A stretch of 64,000 nt of DNA, from positions 42,470,001-42,534,000 of the forward strand of contig OX597822.1 in assembly GCA_951406725.2 (NCBI GenBank). Direction: 5' to 3'. Positions 12,166 through 23,990 of this stretch are shown one piece after another; position 1 is the stretch's first letter, and every line of letters begins with the position of its first letter. A model generated the notes under the pieces. It was not told the DNA's origin, searched no databases, and saw only the letters and a list, made by a program, of their open reading frames with translations. A program made the position numbers and the translations under genes. Source of the DNA: Octopus vulgaris. Lineage: Eukaryota.

Positions 12166-15100
12166 AACACCAGTCTAAATAAGATGATTTCTTTCAAATT
12201 TCTTTCTTTCCGACTGTTACCCATTAGTTGGGTACAGAAATACAGAAATATTTGTCTTTAGCAGTAGTTTCTGTAGGAGTACAAGTTTTTGCTCTGATTT
12301 ATTTATTTTGTATCTCAATTTGTGTACAATAATGTCATGGATTCCAGGCTTTTAATAGTTTAGTCACTGATTCACCCCATGGTGACAGTTACCAGGAGGT
12401 TCTTATTGAACAAATATCTCAAATAACTTTGTGACTCTTGTAGTTAGAATTAGTGTTTTTATTTGCATGAAAACAGTGAACACTTAGATTGAATAAAGTT
12501 CTTCATATGTAGACAGTCTAATATTGTAATTCTATTGACAGTAACTTGAAGTTTTACGAGGTCATGTCTTAATCAGAATGTTTGAATTAGCTGTTACATG
12601 TTGACATTTTTGAAGTCACTGTCAAAATTGTGTGTAAAAAAAAAAAAAAAATGGGCTTCAGCACAATTTCTATTTATGAAATTCTACCCATAAGATATTA
12701 GTTAATCCAGGGCTATAATAGAAGACACTTTTCCAAGGTCTTGTATTGTGAAGATTGAACTCAGAACATGAGGCTGGAAAAAGAACTTAACAACACAGCT
12801 GTGCCTGCACCATTTGACCTTTTCTGTTTCATGTACCTCCAATAATTATTATTAACCATCTTGTGTTGACAACTTATATGAAAAAGTCACCTAAAAGTGG
12901 AGTATCTTAATAATTTTTTAGTTATTAATCTACTAGTATTTGTTTTTGTTTTTTCTCTGACTTAATGTTTTTATTGACAAGAGGTGACCATAAGAGAAGC
13001 CTCGTTCTCTGGCTATAATTACATATTTTGATATATAATTACAGCTGTCATCTTGTCTTTTACTAATTTCTTTTTTATCCCTTTTTTCTTTATTTTCAAA
13101 TTGGAAATTTTTTTTTTTATTAATGAATAATTTCATTGCTAAAATATTTTAAATAATGTTTAACTATTAGTATGGGTTAGACAAGTGTATTTAGTCGGCT
13201 CTTTTTAATTTGTCGTCATTTAGTATTGTCCTCTCAGTTATTTTCTTGTTAGATCAGGTTTAACATCAGATTTTCCCTGTCCTATATCTCAACACTCAAT
13301 TATCCACCAGCAACTCACGATATTTAATCACCTGTTTTTTTACCCAATTCTCTTGTTTTATGTCTGTAATTTATTTTACCTCCGCATCACTATCAATTTT
13401 ATATAATTTTTTTTTCATATTGGATAGGTTTTTTATTTTTTTTAAATAATACTCCTCATCTCAATCATTGTCAAATCCACACACATCATTTCCACTACAA
13501 ATCTGAAATCTTCATTATCCTTGTTTTATTTACCATGAATTTGTCCATATTTGTATATCCCCACCCTCAACTCATTGTTGTCTTTGTTATTTGTTTTCTT
13601 AATCTTTCTCTTCAACCTTTTTCTCCACTCAAACTTTTACAGACATCAATACTTGATGCCGTTTATTCCCTGTTCTCCTTAGTTTATCCAAACATACTCT
13701 ACCTGCAATCACACATTCTTTTACTGCTTATTGTACCTTTCCACTGATATCATCGTTTAACGTCCGTTTTCCATGCTAACATGGGTTGGACGGTTTGACT
13801 GGGATCTGGGAAGCCAGAAGGCTGCACCAGGCTCCAGTCTGATCTGGCAGTGTTTCTACAGCTGGATGCCCTGGCAACGGCCATGATTGGATTGGATGCT
13901 TTTTACGTGCCACCGGCACGGAACCCTATCGCAAAATTTACGTAACCTCTTATCACTAGCTTTCTTGATTTAACTAAAGTTAAAGTTAACTAAACTCTTT
14001 ATATAGATTCTTCAGCCTTCTACAACTTCTGCAGTACATATATCAATATATTTGTACAAGAAAGATTCTCCGGAGTATTCAGTATTCCAGACAGCAACCT
14101 GTGTCAGTATGTCTAGACTCACTGAACTGTAAATTCTATAGATCATTGGTCCCAATACCTTTCTGTAATCCTTTGTAACCCCCCATTTTTTTTTATAAAT
14201 ATTGAAAGCAATTTTTCTAAAATATCTCGATCCACATTATCTGAACTCCATTAATATTGGGTACCAATCTTTTAAATAACAAAATACTGAATACATGCAC
14301 AAATATATTTTAACCTCAATATGTGTGTGATAAGCAGTTAATAAACGCAATTAAATATAATTTAGGAACAAAACTAAAATATGTTCGTTTTTAGTTCAAT
14401 TTTTGTCTTTCATCATTTATCTAGATTTAAATAAGTCCCAAAATGGTTAATAAATTGCTAAAACTGGCAATTGATTATCCATAGCTAATAAACTCAACTA
14501 AACTAAATCATCAGTAGCCACAAAGTGAGTTGAGTAATGGGTCTAATGTTAACACCACCACCTGGACATTTAAGAGTACACTTTTTTTGTGAGCATTCAG
14601 GTTCTCTGTGTGAAGATAACTGCTTCCCACCAATCTAAGAGGTCCTGAAAAATGTCACTGTCCTTCCTTTCTGATTAAGTAACCAAAAACAAAAAAAAAT
14701 GTTTTTGAAACATTTCTAAATGAATTTATTCCAATGGAGCGCACTTAACATTTGATACTTTGTGGTGGAAATATTCTTCAGTTTGTGTTTGCAGTCAATG
14801 TAGTGTTGTGGCTCTTATGTCTACAGTTTATTATATAACATACTTGAGGACGTTTTGCATTTTGTCAGATATTGCAGAAGAAAAGATTTTGTCTTTATGA
14901 CCTTTCATAGTTATACTGCTATCCATGGAAATAGCTGATGGTTGACTCACTTAGTCTCAACTTTTCAGCACTTTCAACTGTAGTACACACTACAGTGTCT
15001 TTGTTATGTAACTTAGAGGAAGAGGGGCAGTACCTATGACCATCTTTCCAAGTTTCCAAGACAGAGAAAAGGGGACACTCTCACTTCTTGGTTTTCTGCA

Positions 15101-15635
15101 ATGTATCAAGGTATTGAGTTATCTTCAGATTAGTGACCTGGTGCAAATGGCTGCAACAAAGGCCACTTTGTTGTAAACACCCAAAGATGTCCATAAGCCT
15201 GTGGTAGACCTAATCTCTACTTGATTTTGCTTTCAGAAATTTTGCTACTTCCATTTGGATTCTGTCTGTTATATTCTTGAGTGTAGCAACTAGAGGAGTT
15301 TTTGTTTAGCCTCTAGTTCAGACCTATAAACCTCTGGTAAAAGGTATTCCAGCTGTAAACATACCATCTTTTTGGTGATTTGAAGAGTTGGTTGCTGAAG
15401 AGTTTGTAACTGGTCAAGCAACCATGTAAAAAGTTGCTTCAAATTGGAAACAGAGGTCATTTTGGAAAATAGTCCACAGATGAAAACAAAAATAAAGTTA
15501 TGAAAAATGGCCAATAAAATGAATTTTTTTGTTTCATTCAATTCTTTTGCTTTTTGATTTTTTTTTAAAAAGCAATTATTTTGTCACTATACCTTTTGCA
15601 TTGACTTTTATCGTTTCCTTTTTTTTTATGTTTAG

Positions 15636-15699
15636 ATGAAGCAGAACAACTTGTTGCTCTCATTCCAATTAGTGACAAACGATTAAAACCCCAACGAAC
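15636..15699 (+). CDS. TMEM106B: TMEM106B-family coding exon 2 (64 nt)
   Basis: Polypyrimidine tract + TTTAG acceptor; (H)EAEQLVALIPISDKRLKPQR(T), cf. human [20 protein letters not shown]; donor GTAAGT at 15700, phase 2. Confidence 0.95.
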
Positions 15700-16570
15700 G
15701 TAAGTATCTGCTGTATGGATTTTACACTTACTGCCCTGGTGAACTATGCTAGCAATTATGTTAGGAAGATGTGTGGGTCTTTACATTTTTCAGATAATGT
15801 CAAGGCTTTGACTGACAGAGTTGAACAGTTTCTTTTGTAGTAATCAACTTGATGATGAGAGTTGGTGTGATCTTAGTTTTGTGAACCTTTAAACTGTCAA
15901 ATAATTAAGTACATATACACATTATGAGAAGAAAAGTAATTAACATTTATGACAGTTCTTGTCTTGAAAGACATGCAAAAGAATTCCCAAATTTACATTA
16001 AAAATTAGACACATAGTGGAGAGTGGTTCTGATATTTGGTTAATATAAGGATAACACTGGATGTGTTCTAGTCTTAATAAGATGTTGTTAGCCAGACATA
16101 ATTTGATACATACCAGATTCAAAATGATTTTGAGGGGATATAGTCTTTATGTGATAATTAGTCACTGATTAGACAATTTAAAATAGGACATTGTAGAGAA
16201 CAGAATTAAATTAAACTAACATATTTAATGTAAACATTAAAAAAGAATGATCTTAGTGATTTATCCTGTTTCTTCTCAGTTCTGCTGTCAGCAGAAGATA
16301 GTAAATACTTAGGCATATACTCTCCCACTATTACAGATACTTTGTTTATAAAGGTGTAGATATTTTGACATGTTGAAACAGGAAACTGCTTTGTTTTTTT
16401 TAAAGTATTTTGAAACTGGTTCAATAGTAATCTATGAAGATTGTTGTACAGGGTACATCAAATAAATGAGAATAAGAGTAAAACACAGGAACCAAACAGA
16501 AAACCAAAAAACAATCTTAGGAAAATAGCACAACATTGGACTAGATTTCTCAAAGACAGAGACTATTTAA

Positions 16571-16812
16571 TAAAATCAACTTCTACCTTAATAATGGCTC
16601 CAGTGTGGCATCACAAAAGTGAGTCTACATACCAGGACCAAGTGATCCATACCTCTGTTTAAGATGGCAGACCCTCTCCCTCTCCAACTAGTAAAATCAA
16701 CTTCTTCCTTAATAAAGGCTCCAATGTAGCATAAGAAAAGTGAGTCTGCATTCCAGGACCAAGTGATCCATACCTCTGTTTAAGATGGCAGACCCTCTCC
16801 CTCCCCAACTAG
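16571..16812 (+). repeat. Tandem duplication, 2 x 121 bp
   Basis: Units start TAAAATCAACTTCT at 16571 and 16692; shared CCAGGACCAAGTGATCCATACCTCTGTTTAAGATGGCAGACCCTCTCCCTC. Confidence 0.9.
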
Positions 16813-17713
16813 TTTTTAGTACTGTAAGGCTACTGGTTGCTTCAGTCACCCTGACTAGCACCCAAAATATAGCACTCTATGGGGTTTCAAATCAGGCAAG
16901 CTAGAAAGCCACATGTTAGGGATTACATAATTGTGAAAATTCTTGATCAGCTACACCTGAGTTAGACAGGTTATGTCATAGGGAACAGAATCCCACTAGA
17001 ACATGCATGGCGTCTCTTTCCTTGACCCAGAGCTTAGCTACTATGTCCAGCACCTTGATGCAGGTAATGGAATTGACACTAAGGTTCTATAAGAGACCGT
17101 GACATGGTGCAAGATGATAAGAAACTTGTGTATTACTGTGGACACGTCTATAGGGTCAGTCCATATAGAGCCACCTGTTACTGGTTCTGTTTATCTTCTC
17201 TTCTATCAAATTACTTCACATTAGAGAATAACTAAGGCACAATAAGGTACCAAATATAGACTCATCTTCCTACTTATCACATTGGACTTGTATGTGATGT
17301 CCTGATTTAATAGATGAATTTAGCATCCTGGAAACCTGACAGTTGAGAATATTCCTTTCTCTTTGCCACAAATACTAGAGGCTTCAAATTTTTTTCTGAC
17401 CCTGAACATGAAGGACCCAGTCATGTTCAAGAAACTGGTGATCTCCAAGTTGCTGTGCTTGGTAGCTGCAGCCAAAAGCTAAACATGTCTTTTCATTTCC
17501 TTATTGTGTCATATTTGGAATTTACCATTTTGGTTTCAGTATATCTGAAAAAGAAGTTAAAATTTGGCTCATGTTGTGTAATATTAGGTCATTCTGTTTA
17601 CAACCTGCTAAAGTTTGTTCACAAACACTTGGTGCATCCTGTATAATGAAGGATAAAATCTAAAACTGACTTTTGAATCAGTAGTTTAATTAGGTAGGGG
17701 TTCTTTTGCTTAA

Positions 17714-17932
17714 TTCTTTAGTATTAAGGTTATTTTATCAAACATATTACTTAGTAATTCACATTATTTTGAATTAATCATGCATTATCTCATCTCCTTA
17801 ATATTTCAATGAGGTAATTGTTTAATGTAGAATAACATTGTAGGGTAAGTGTGAGAGTCTGGATCTGGTCAGTTTGAACATAAAACAAATATAAAATTTT
17901 GGCTGGATGTGACTGGTTTAAATGCTAACAGG
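17714..17932. mobile_element. piggyBac-type MITE (degenerate TIRs)
   Basis: TTAA on both sides; ends TTCTTTAGTATT / AATGCTAACAGG; same family as 20577-21153. Confidence 0.6.
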
Positions 17933-18038
17933 TTAAAGTATTAAATGTGTTCTGTGATGTTTCAGTATTTTGCCATTAACAGATGTTGATGATTATAGCT
18001 ATAAATTAATATTATCATTTGTTTTTCTTTTATTCCAG

Positions 18039-18204
18039 AGTTCAGTGGGTCATTCTTTCTATAATTATCTGCTGTTTTGTGGCAGGACTTGTTTTGTATT
18101 TCCTGTTTCCCAGAAACGTACGAGCTTTAAGTAATCAACCTGATCTTGAACCTTCACAGCTCCAGATAAATCTCACTATGCAATATGTTTACCTCAGTTT
18201 TATG
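18039..18204 (+). CDS. TMEM106B: TMEM106B-family coding exon 3 (166 nt, transmembrane helix)
   Basis: TTCCAG acceptor; VQWVILSIIICCFVAGLVLYFLFPRNV...QINLTMQYVYLSFM (TM helix ending FLFPR); donor GTAAGT at 18205, phase 0. Confidence 0.95.
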
Positions 18205-19377
18205 GTAAGTACAAATAGTTTTTGATATAATTTAAATAGAATGGTCGTTGACCATGTACAACTTCAGTTTTACAAATCTGGACTGTTACAAGTACTTCAT
18301 AGCATGAATAGGATAGGCAGTATTCAAAATATCTTTTATCAAAAAAAAAAAAAAGTCCCAAACAAAACACTTCTAAGATTAGAAGTAATCTAAACAGTAT
18401 CTCTATTTTTGTTTTTCTTTATAGGTTGAGCAGATCTACTCAACAAAACTCCATCCCTTTATGTCATATTTTTGGTTTAATTTCTGATCTGATAACCTTC
18501 CACTCACCCTCTACATGAGTATCTAAACCATTTTCTAATACAAAAAAAAAAAAAAAAAAAACCTTCCGTACACTTAATCATTAACATTAGTAAAACATCT
18601 AACTATCCTCCAATATCCTGTCATCCAAAGTACTTTAGACACTCCAAAGTGATAGTTCAGTATTTATCAAGTTTAATTATCAATAAACTGCAGAGCCTAC
18701 TGGCTACATCATTTCTTTAATGAGATTTCACCAGAATCCACTTTGGTAGGACACCTCACATAATAAAACTGCAGTCTTATATTGTCAAATTCAGTGTAAT
18801 GTCACATCTCATCTGAAACAGCTGTATGCATATTGTACCTGTACAAATTAAAATTCTGGCATCATCAGAATAGATTAATATTTCCACTATTTCACTCTAC
18901 ACAATTAACTAAAGAAAACATCTATTCAATATATCAAACAGTAATGTCTGTATCTTGTAGATATTGTAGACACAACAATATGTCAGTGTCATCTCTCCAA
19001 CATTCGGTCATTATAACCAAAACAATGACATTTAAACACTGAGCAATACTCTTTTGTGCAACATTTAGCTAATATGAACAAACTCCTGCCTGTTCCAACA
19101 AACTTTCTGCTGGAAATAACAAGACAAAAAAATGTTAAAAACACTCTGTGTATCAACAACTGCTACACCAACCTATTATTAATCTAATTCCTTTTATAAC
19201 ATGGCCAACCATTTTTAGATTCTCTAATTAGTAAGTGTAAGACAATTTGAATTTGACTTTGTACAGCAGTTCAGAGGTTACACACACACACCCACACACA
19301 CATATATGTATATGTTTCCAAATTATAGTTGGTAGGAATATAGAATCCAAGTACCATAGTCGTATGTACTGCTTATG

Positions 19378-19423
<46 letters not shown>

Positions 19424-19774
19424 GCTGGGCTCTTAAAAAGGAAACTTAGATATTGAATACATCACTGATAATATCTCCAGAGTAACCAAAGTTTCATATC
19501 ACTCTTTGCACTTTTTGGGGATGTGATGGTTTCAGTTGGGTAATTTTTTAGGAAAGATGAGATACTTATTGATTTTTGTATTGTAATTGGACGATAGTGA
19601 CATTGGATGTAAGTTTTTGTTTCTGATGGCAAGAGTTAACAAAGGAGTGTCTGTAATACTTTTACAAAATAAATATCACAAGTAGCTTTGAGAAAACGGC
19701 TACTTTTTTGGTTGTTATCAGTATTTAAATCTTCTGCTAAATTTTTTGTGAGTATATATATATATATATAACAT

Positions 19775-19990
19775 GTGATCTCTTGAGCACCACCAGCTAA
19801 AATATTTTTTCCTCTGTCTTCCCTTCTTGGGATCTTTCCTTCTCCTTGTTTCCGACGAAGAGCTCCACTCGAAACGTTAAACCCTCCTTCCCTTCTTTCC
19901 TGAGCGTCAATAATACTTTAATTGTTCCACGTCCTGCGTTGCTGTTTTTTTTTTCTCCTTTTTTTCTGTGTTTTCTTGTTTGGATTAACT
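19775..19990 (+). mobile_element. Short (TA)n-flanked PLE-derived repeat with minimal HHR-like motif
   Basis: TTT-CCGACGA-A-GAGctccaCTC-GAAACGTT-AAA at 19849-19881; paralog at 51215-51420. Confidence 0.6.
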
Positions 19991-20136
19991 ATATATATAT
20001 ATATACACACACACACACAAGAGGTGCAGCACAGTGCAATTGAATGTGGAACCACAAGGATGCCAAGTGGACATAGCCATGTCTGTGCTTCATAGGGTTT
20101 AATTTCTCTAGATGTGAAGTGTTGTTATTTTAGTCG

Positions 20137-20480
20137 TCTTTTACTTGTTTCAGTCATTGGACTATGACCATGCTGGGGCACTACCTTGAATTTTAGTTGT
20201 GCAAATCAATACCAGTACTTATTTTTAAAGCCTGGTACTTACTCTGTTGGTCTCCTCACTGAACCATGTTATGGGATGTAAATAAACCGAACAAGACACT
20301 AAGACGCACACTCACACACACTGGGCTTCTTTCAGTTTCTATCTACCAAATCCACTCACAAGGCTTTGGTTGGCCTGGGGCTATGCTAGGAGACACTTGC
20401 CCAAGGTGCCATGCAATGAGGCTGAACCCGGTCCCATGTGGTTGGGAAGCAAACTTCTTACTACAAAGCCATACCTGTGC
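20137..20480 (-). mobile_element. SINE family A (tRNA head)
   Basis: Reverse complement of the family-A head, body and ACAAGTAAAAGA tail. Confidence 0.8.
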
Positions 20481-20576
20481 CTTGTCAAATAAAATTCATT
20501 TAAGGATTTTCATTGCAAAAACAGTTTATTTAAATTTTGGTTTACTTTGTACAGCAAAAATAAATGTTTGAATTAA

Positions 20577-21153
20577 CCCTTTAGCATTTGAACCATCTAT
20601 ATCTGGCCAAAATAATCTTCTTGTTTTATCTTCAAACAGGCCAGATCCAGCCTCTCACATGTACCCTGCAATATTATTCTAAAAATAAACAATTACATTA
20701 AAATCTCACAGCTACAAAGTAATGCATGACTAATTCAAATCAATAAGTTGGAGTGACTGTGTGGTAAGTAGCTTGTTTACGAACCACATGGTTCCGGGTT
20801 CAGTCCCAATGCGTGGCACCTGGGGCAAGTGCCTTCTACTATAGCCTCGGGCCAACCAAAGCCTTGTGAGTGGATCTGGTAGACAGAAACTGAAAGAAGC
20901 CCATCGTATATATGTATGTGTGTGTATATGTTTGTCCCCCCCCACCCAACATCGCTTGACAACCGATGTTGGTGTGTTTACATCCCTGTAACTTAGAGGT
21001 TCAGCAAAAGAAACCGATAGAATAAGTACTTGGCTTACAAAGAATAAGATTTACTTGACTAAAGGTGATGCTCCAGCATGGCCACAGTCACGTGACTGAA
21101 ACAAGTAAAAGAGTAAGTACTACATTTGACAGAGAAAGCTGAATGCTAAAGGG
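20577..21153. mobile_element. piggyBac-type MITE carrying an inserted SINE
   Basis: TTAA|CCCTTTAGCATT ... AATGCTAAAGGG|TTAA, perfect TIRs and TTAA TSD. Confidence 0.85.
20750..21115 (+). mobile_element. SINE family A (tRNA head)
   Basis: GGAGTGACTGTGTGGTAAG...GGTTCAGTCCC...ACTGAAACAAGTAAAAGAG. Confidence 0.85.
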
Positions 21154-21300
21154 TTAATGGTAAGTTGTTTATCAACTTGTATTGTTTGGTACTTTGCTCA
21201 TAAAACAGCATATAGCACAACATAGTTGTACTCACTCTAGTGTATTATTCTGTATATGCATGCATTTCTTAATTGTCTATTTCTTTTGATTTATTTTCAG

Positions 21301-21491
21301 AATAAATACAACTTCAGTAATGAGAATTATATCCCAGTATCAGTGACAGGAGTAACAATGTCTGTACAGTATGACAGGAGTATTTTGAGTAAAGTGGAGA
21401 ATAAAACAGAATTAAAAATACCCCAGTTATCTTCCAGGGAGTACCATGTTCAAATGAATTTGACTTTAGCAGGGGACCAGAAATATCTTGT
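21301..21491 (+). CDS. TMEM106B: TMEM106B-family coding exon 4 (191 nt, luminal domain)
   Basis: TTTTCAG acceptor ending 21300; NKYNFSNENYIPVSVTGVTMSVQY...AGDQKYL, cf. human NTLNITNNNYYSVEV; donor GTAAGT at 21492, phase 2. Confidence 0.93.
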
Positions 21492-21541
21492 GTAAGTCTG
21501 TTTACTTTTTGTGTTTACTCTTACTTTTCATAACAAATATG

Positions 21542-22830
21542 TTTTTTTTTTGTTTTTTTTTAAACAACTTGCAGATGCAAGTTCTACCAGTTGAAAGCTT
21601 TGCATATCGGATGCTAGCAAGTTTATGGGGTCATCAGGAGAGAATGTGGACTGTTTCAAGGCCTTCCTCTTGGTGGTATCATTGCGTGCCAGCCCCCACC
21701 TTGTCAAAATGCGACCCCCACTTTCTAGAATTGAAAGCTTTGTATATCGGATGCTAGCAAGTTTATGGGGTCATCAGGAGAGAATGTGGACTGTTTCAGG
21801 GCCTTCCGCTTGGTGGTATCATTGCATGCCAGCCCCCACCTTGTCAAAATGCGGCCCCCACTTTCTAGAATTGAAAGCTTTGCATATCGGATGCTAGCAA
21901 GTTTATGGGGTCATCAGGAGAGAATGTGGACTGTTTCAGGGCCTTCCGCTTGGTGGTATCATTGCGTGCCAGCCCCCACCTTGTCAAAATGCGGCCCCCA
22001 CTTTCTAGAATTGAAAGCTTTGCATATCGGATGCTAGCAAGTTTATGGGGTCATCAGGAGAGAATGTGGACTGTTTCAAGGCCTTCCGCTTGGTGGTATC
22101 ATTGCGTGCCAGCCCCCACCTTGTCAAAATGCGACCCCCACTTTCTAGAATTGAAAGCTTTGCATATCGGATGCTAGCAAGTTTATGGGGTCATCAGGAG
22201 AGAATGTGGACTGTTTCAGGGCCTTCCGCTTGGTGGTATCATTGCATGCCAGCCCCCACCTTGTCAAAATGCGGCCCCCACTTTCTAGAATTGAAAGCTT
22301 TGCATATCGGATGCTAGCAAGTTTATGGGGTCATCAGGAGAGAATGTGGACTGTTTCAGGGCCTTCCTCTTGGTGGTATCATTGCGTGCCAGCCCCCACC
22401 TTGTCAAAATGCGGCCCCCACTTTCTAGAATTGAAAGCTTTGCATATCGGATGCTAGCAAGTTTATGGGGTCATCAGGAGAGAATGTGGACTGTTTCAGG
22501 GCCTTCCTCTTGGTGGTATCATTGCGTGCCAGCCCCCACTTTGTCAAAATGCGGCCCCCACTTTCTAGATTAGGTTTCGCTCAATATTCTTCTAGCCATT
22601 GCTTATCATCCCTTTTTAACTGAATCCAGTGGCTTGCCTTTTCCACTGTAGTCTGGATATCTCTCATGGTGATATTTGCTTTACAATGAGTTAGGTTTAA
22701 TAACAACAGTCACCTCATACTGTGTTCAATGAATCCTCTACATCTGACTTGTAGTTGTAGCAGCTGAATGTTATGTTTTTAAATACAGTTTTTTAATGCA
22801 TAAACAGTCAACATGGAATTGGAATTGTTG
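21542..22830 (-). mobile_element. 3' end of a HERO-like (RLE-type) non-LTR retrotransposon; 3' UTR amplified as the 140-bp array
   Basis: Minus strand 22769-22581 reads IQLLQLQVRCRGFIEHSMR*...VEKASHWIQLKRDDKQWLEEY* (EVGCRGF and EKASxWxxLKR motifs), followed by the array, a terminal hairpin (21566-21583) and poly(A) (21542-21561). Confidence 0.7.
21591..22570. repeat. Tandem array, 7 x 140 bp, near-identical units
   Basis: Units start TTGAAAGCTT at 21591, 21731, 21871, 22011, 22151, 22291, 22431; only a few SNPs between units. Confidence 0.98.
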
Positions 22831-23669
22831 TTAAAAAAAAAAATTTAATGTGTCCCACCCACACTTAACAAGAAATCTTCTCACACACTATCACAACAAA
22901 CCAAACTGCATCTCTACATCTCTTCCTAACAATTCTGCTTTATGCACTATGGTTACCTCCCACTCTCCAATCCTGTCCCCTTGTCCTTGTGCCACTGTAT
23001 CATTGCTATCTGCTTGCCCTCGATCTGTGTGTTCTACCCACATGTCCTGTCTCACTGTATTATTGCTACCAGCTAGCCCCTGTTCTGTGTGTTCCACCCA
23101 CATGTAACAAAACTTTTCCATCACCCTTACATCTCCTCATCTCTTTCTCACATTTCCTTCTTCATACACTGTCTAGCTCTCACTCCCTGATCCTGTCCCC
23201 ACGGCCTTTTTCCTCTGTGTCATTGATATCTGGTAGCCCCCTGACTCTAAATATACCTAGGTTTTGCACCACTTACTCACACTCTTTAATCGCACTTCCT
23301 TTGCAATATCCTGCCACTTATATTATTACATTCAAACCTCAAGGATATACTCTGGCACTTGCCACCATCTATATCTCTCTTTTACTCAACCATTCCATTA
23401 TATTCTGATCCCCATTCCTTTTGAGTTTGCCACCATCTCTGTCCTGCTGTCTCCCACTCTTTTTCTCTCTCCTTCTCCTGCCCTTCCCTCAGGTTGGGTA
23501 ACTCTGTATGTCTTCTGTGGTAGTGCACCTGTTTCTGTCTTTGTTCTTGATCTCTCTCTCTCCAGCTGGGTAGCCTTGTACTTCCTCTACAGCAAGACAC
23601 CTCTATCTGTCTCACTATAACCTTTCATCATCCTTCAATGCTTCCTCCCGCTCTTGAAAGTTTTTTTTC

Positions 23670-23990
23670 TTGCAAGTATTTGGTGACCCTGTCAGTGCAG
23701 GTGCCACTTAAAAGTCCCAAGTCCACACTGTAAAGTGGTTGGTGTTTGGAAGGGCATCCAGCTGTAAAAACCTTGCCTATGCTTGTGCCATGTAAAAAGC
23801 ACTACTGACTTTGCCTGTGCCATGTAAAAAGCACTGAGTTCACTCTGCTGAGTGGTTGGTGTTATGAAGGGCATCCAGCTGTAAAAATCCTGCCAAAACA
23901 GTCACAGAAGTCTGGTGCAGGCTTCTGCCTGGCCAGCTAACCCATGCTGCCTAACCCATGCTAGCATGGGAGGCAGATGTTAAACAATGA
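23670..23990 (+). mobile_element. RTE-tail SINE
   Basis: Duplicated GGAAGGGCATCCAGCTGTAAAAA and CCCATGCTAGCATGGG...GATGTTAAAC tail. Confidence 0.7.

Noticed and set aside
21591-22570. CRISPR array
   Set aside because: Units are identical end to end with no unique spacers, the context is eukaryotic and no cas genes are present
21591-22570. Standard active monomeric hammerhead in each unit
   Set aside because: No stem II pairing next to CTGATGA/GAAA and no UH at the expected site; kept only as a permuted or relic hypothesis
21488-22573. Series of overlapping ~90-aa ORFs on +
   Set aside because: Artefact of a 140-bp repeat (not a multiple of 3); no protein similarity recognised
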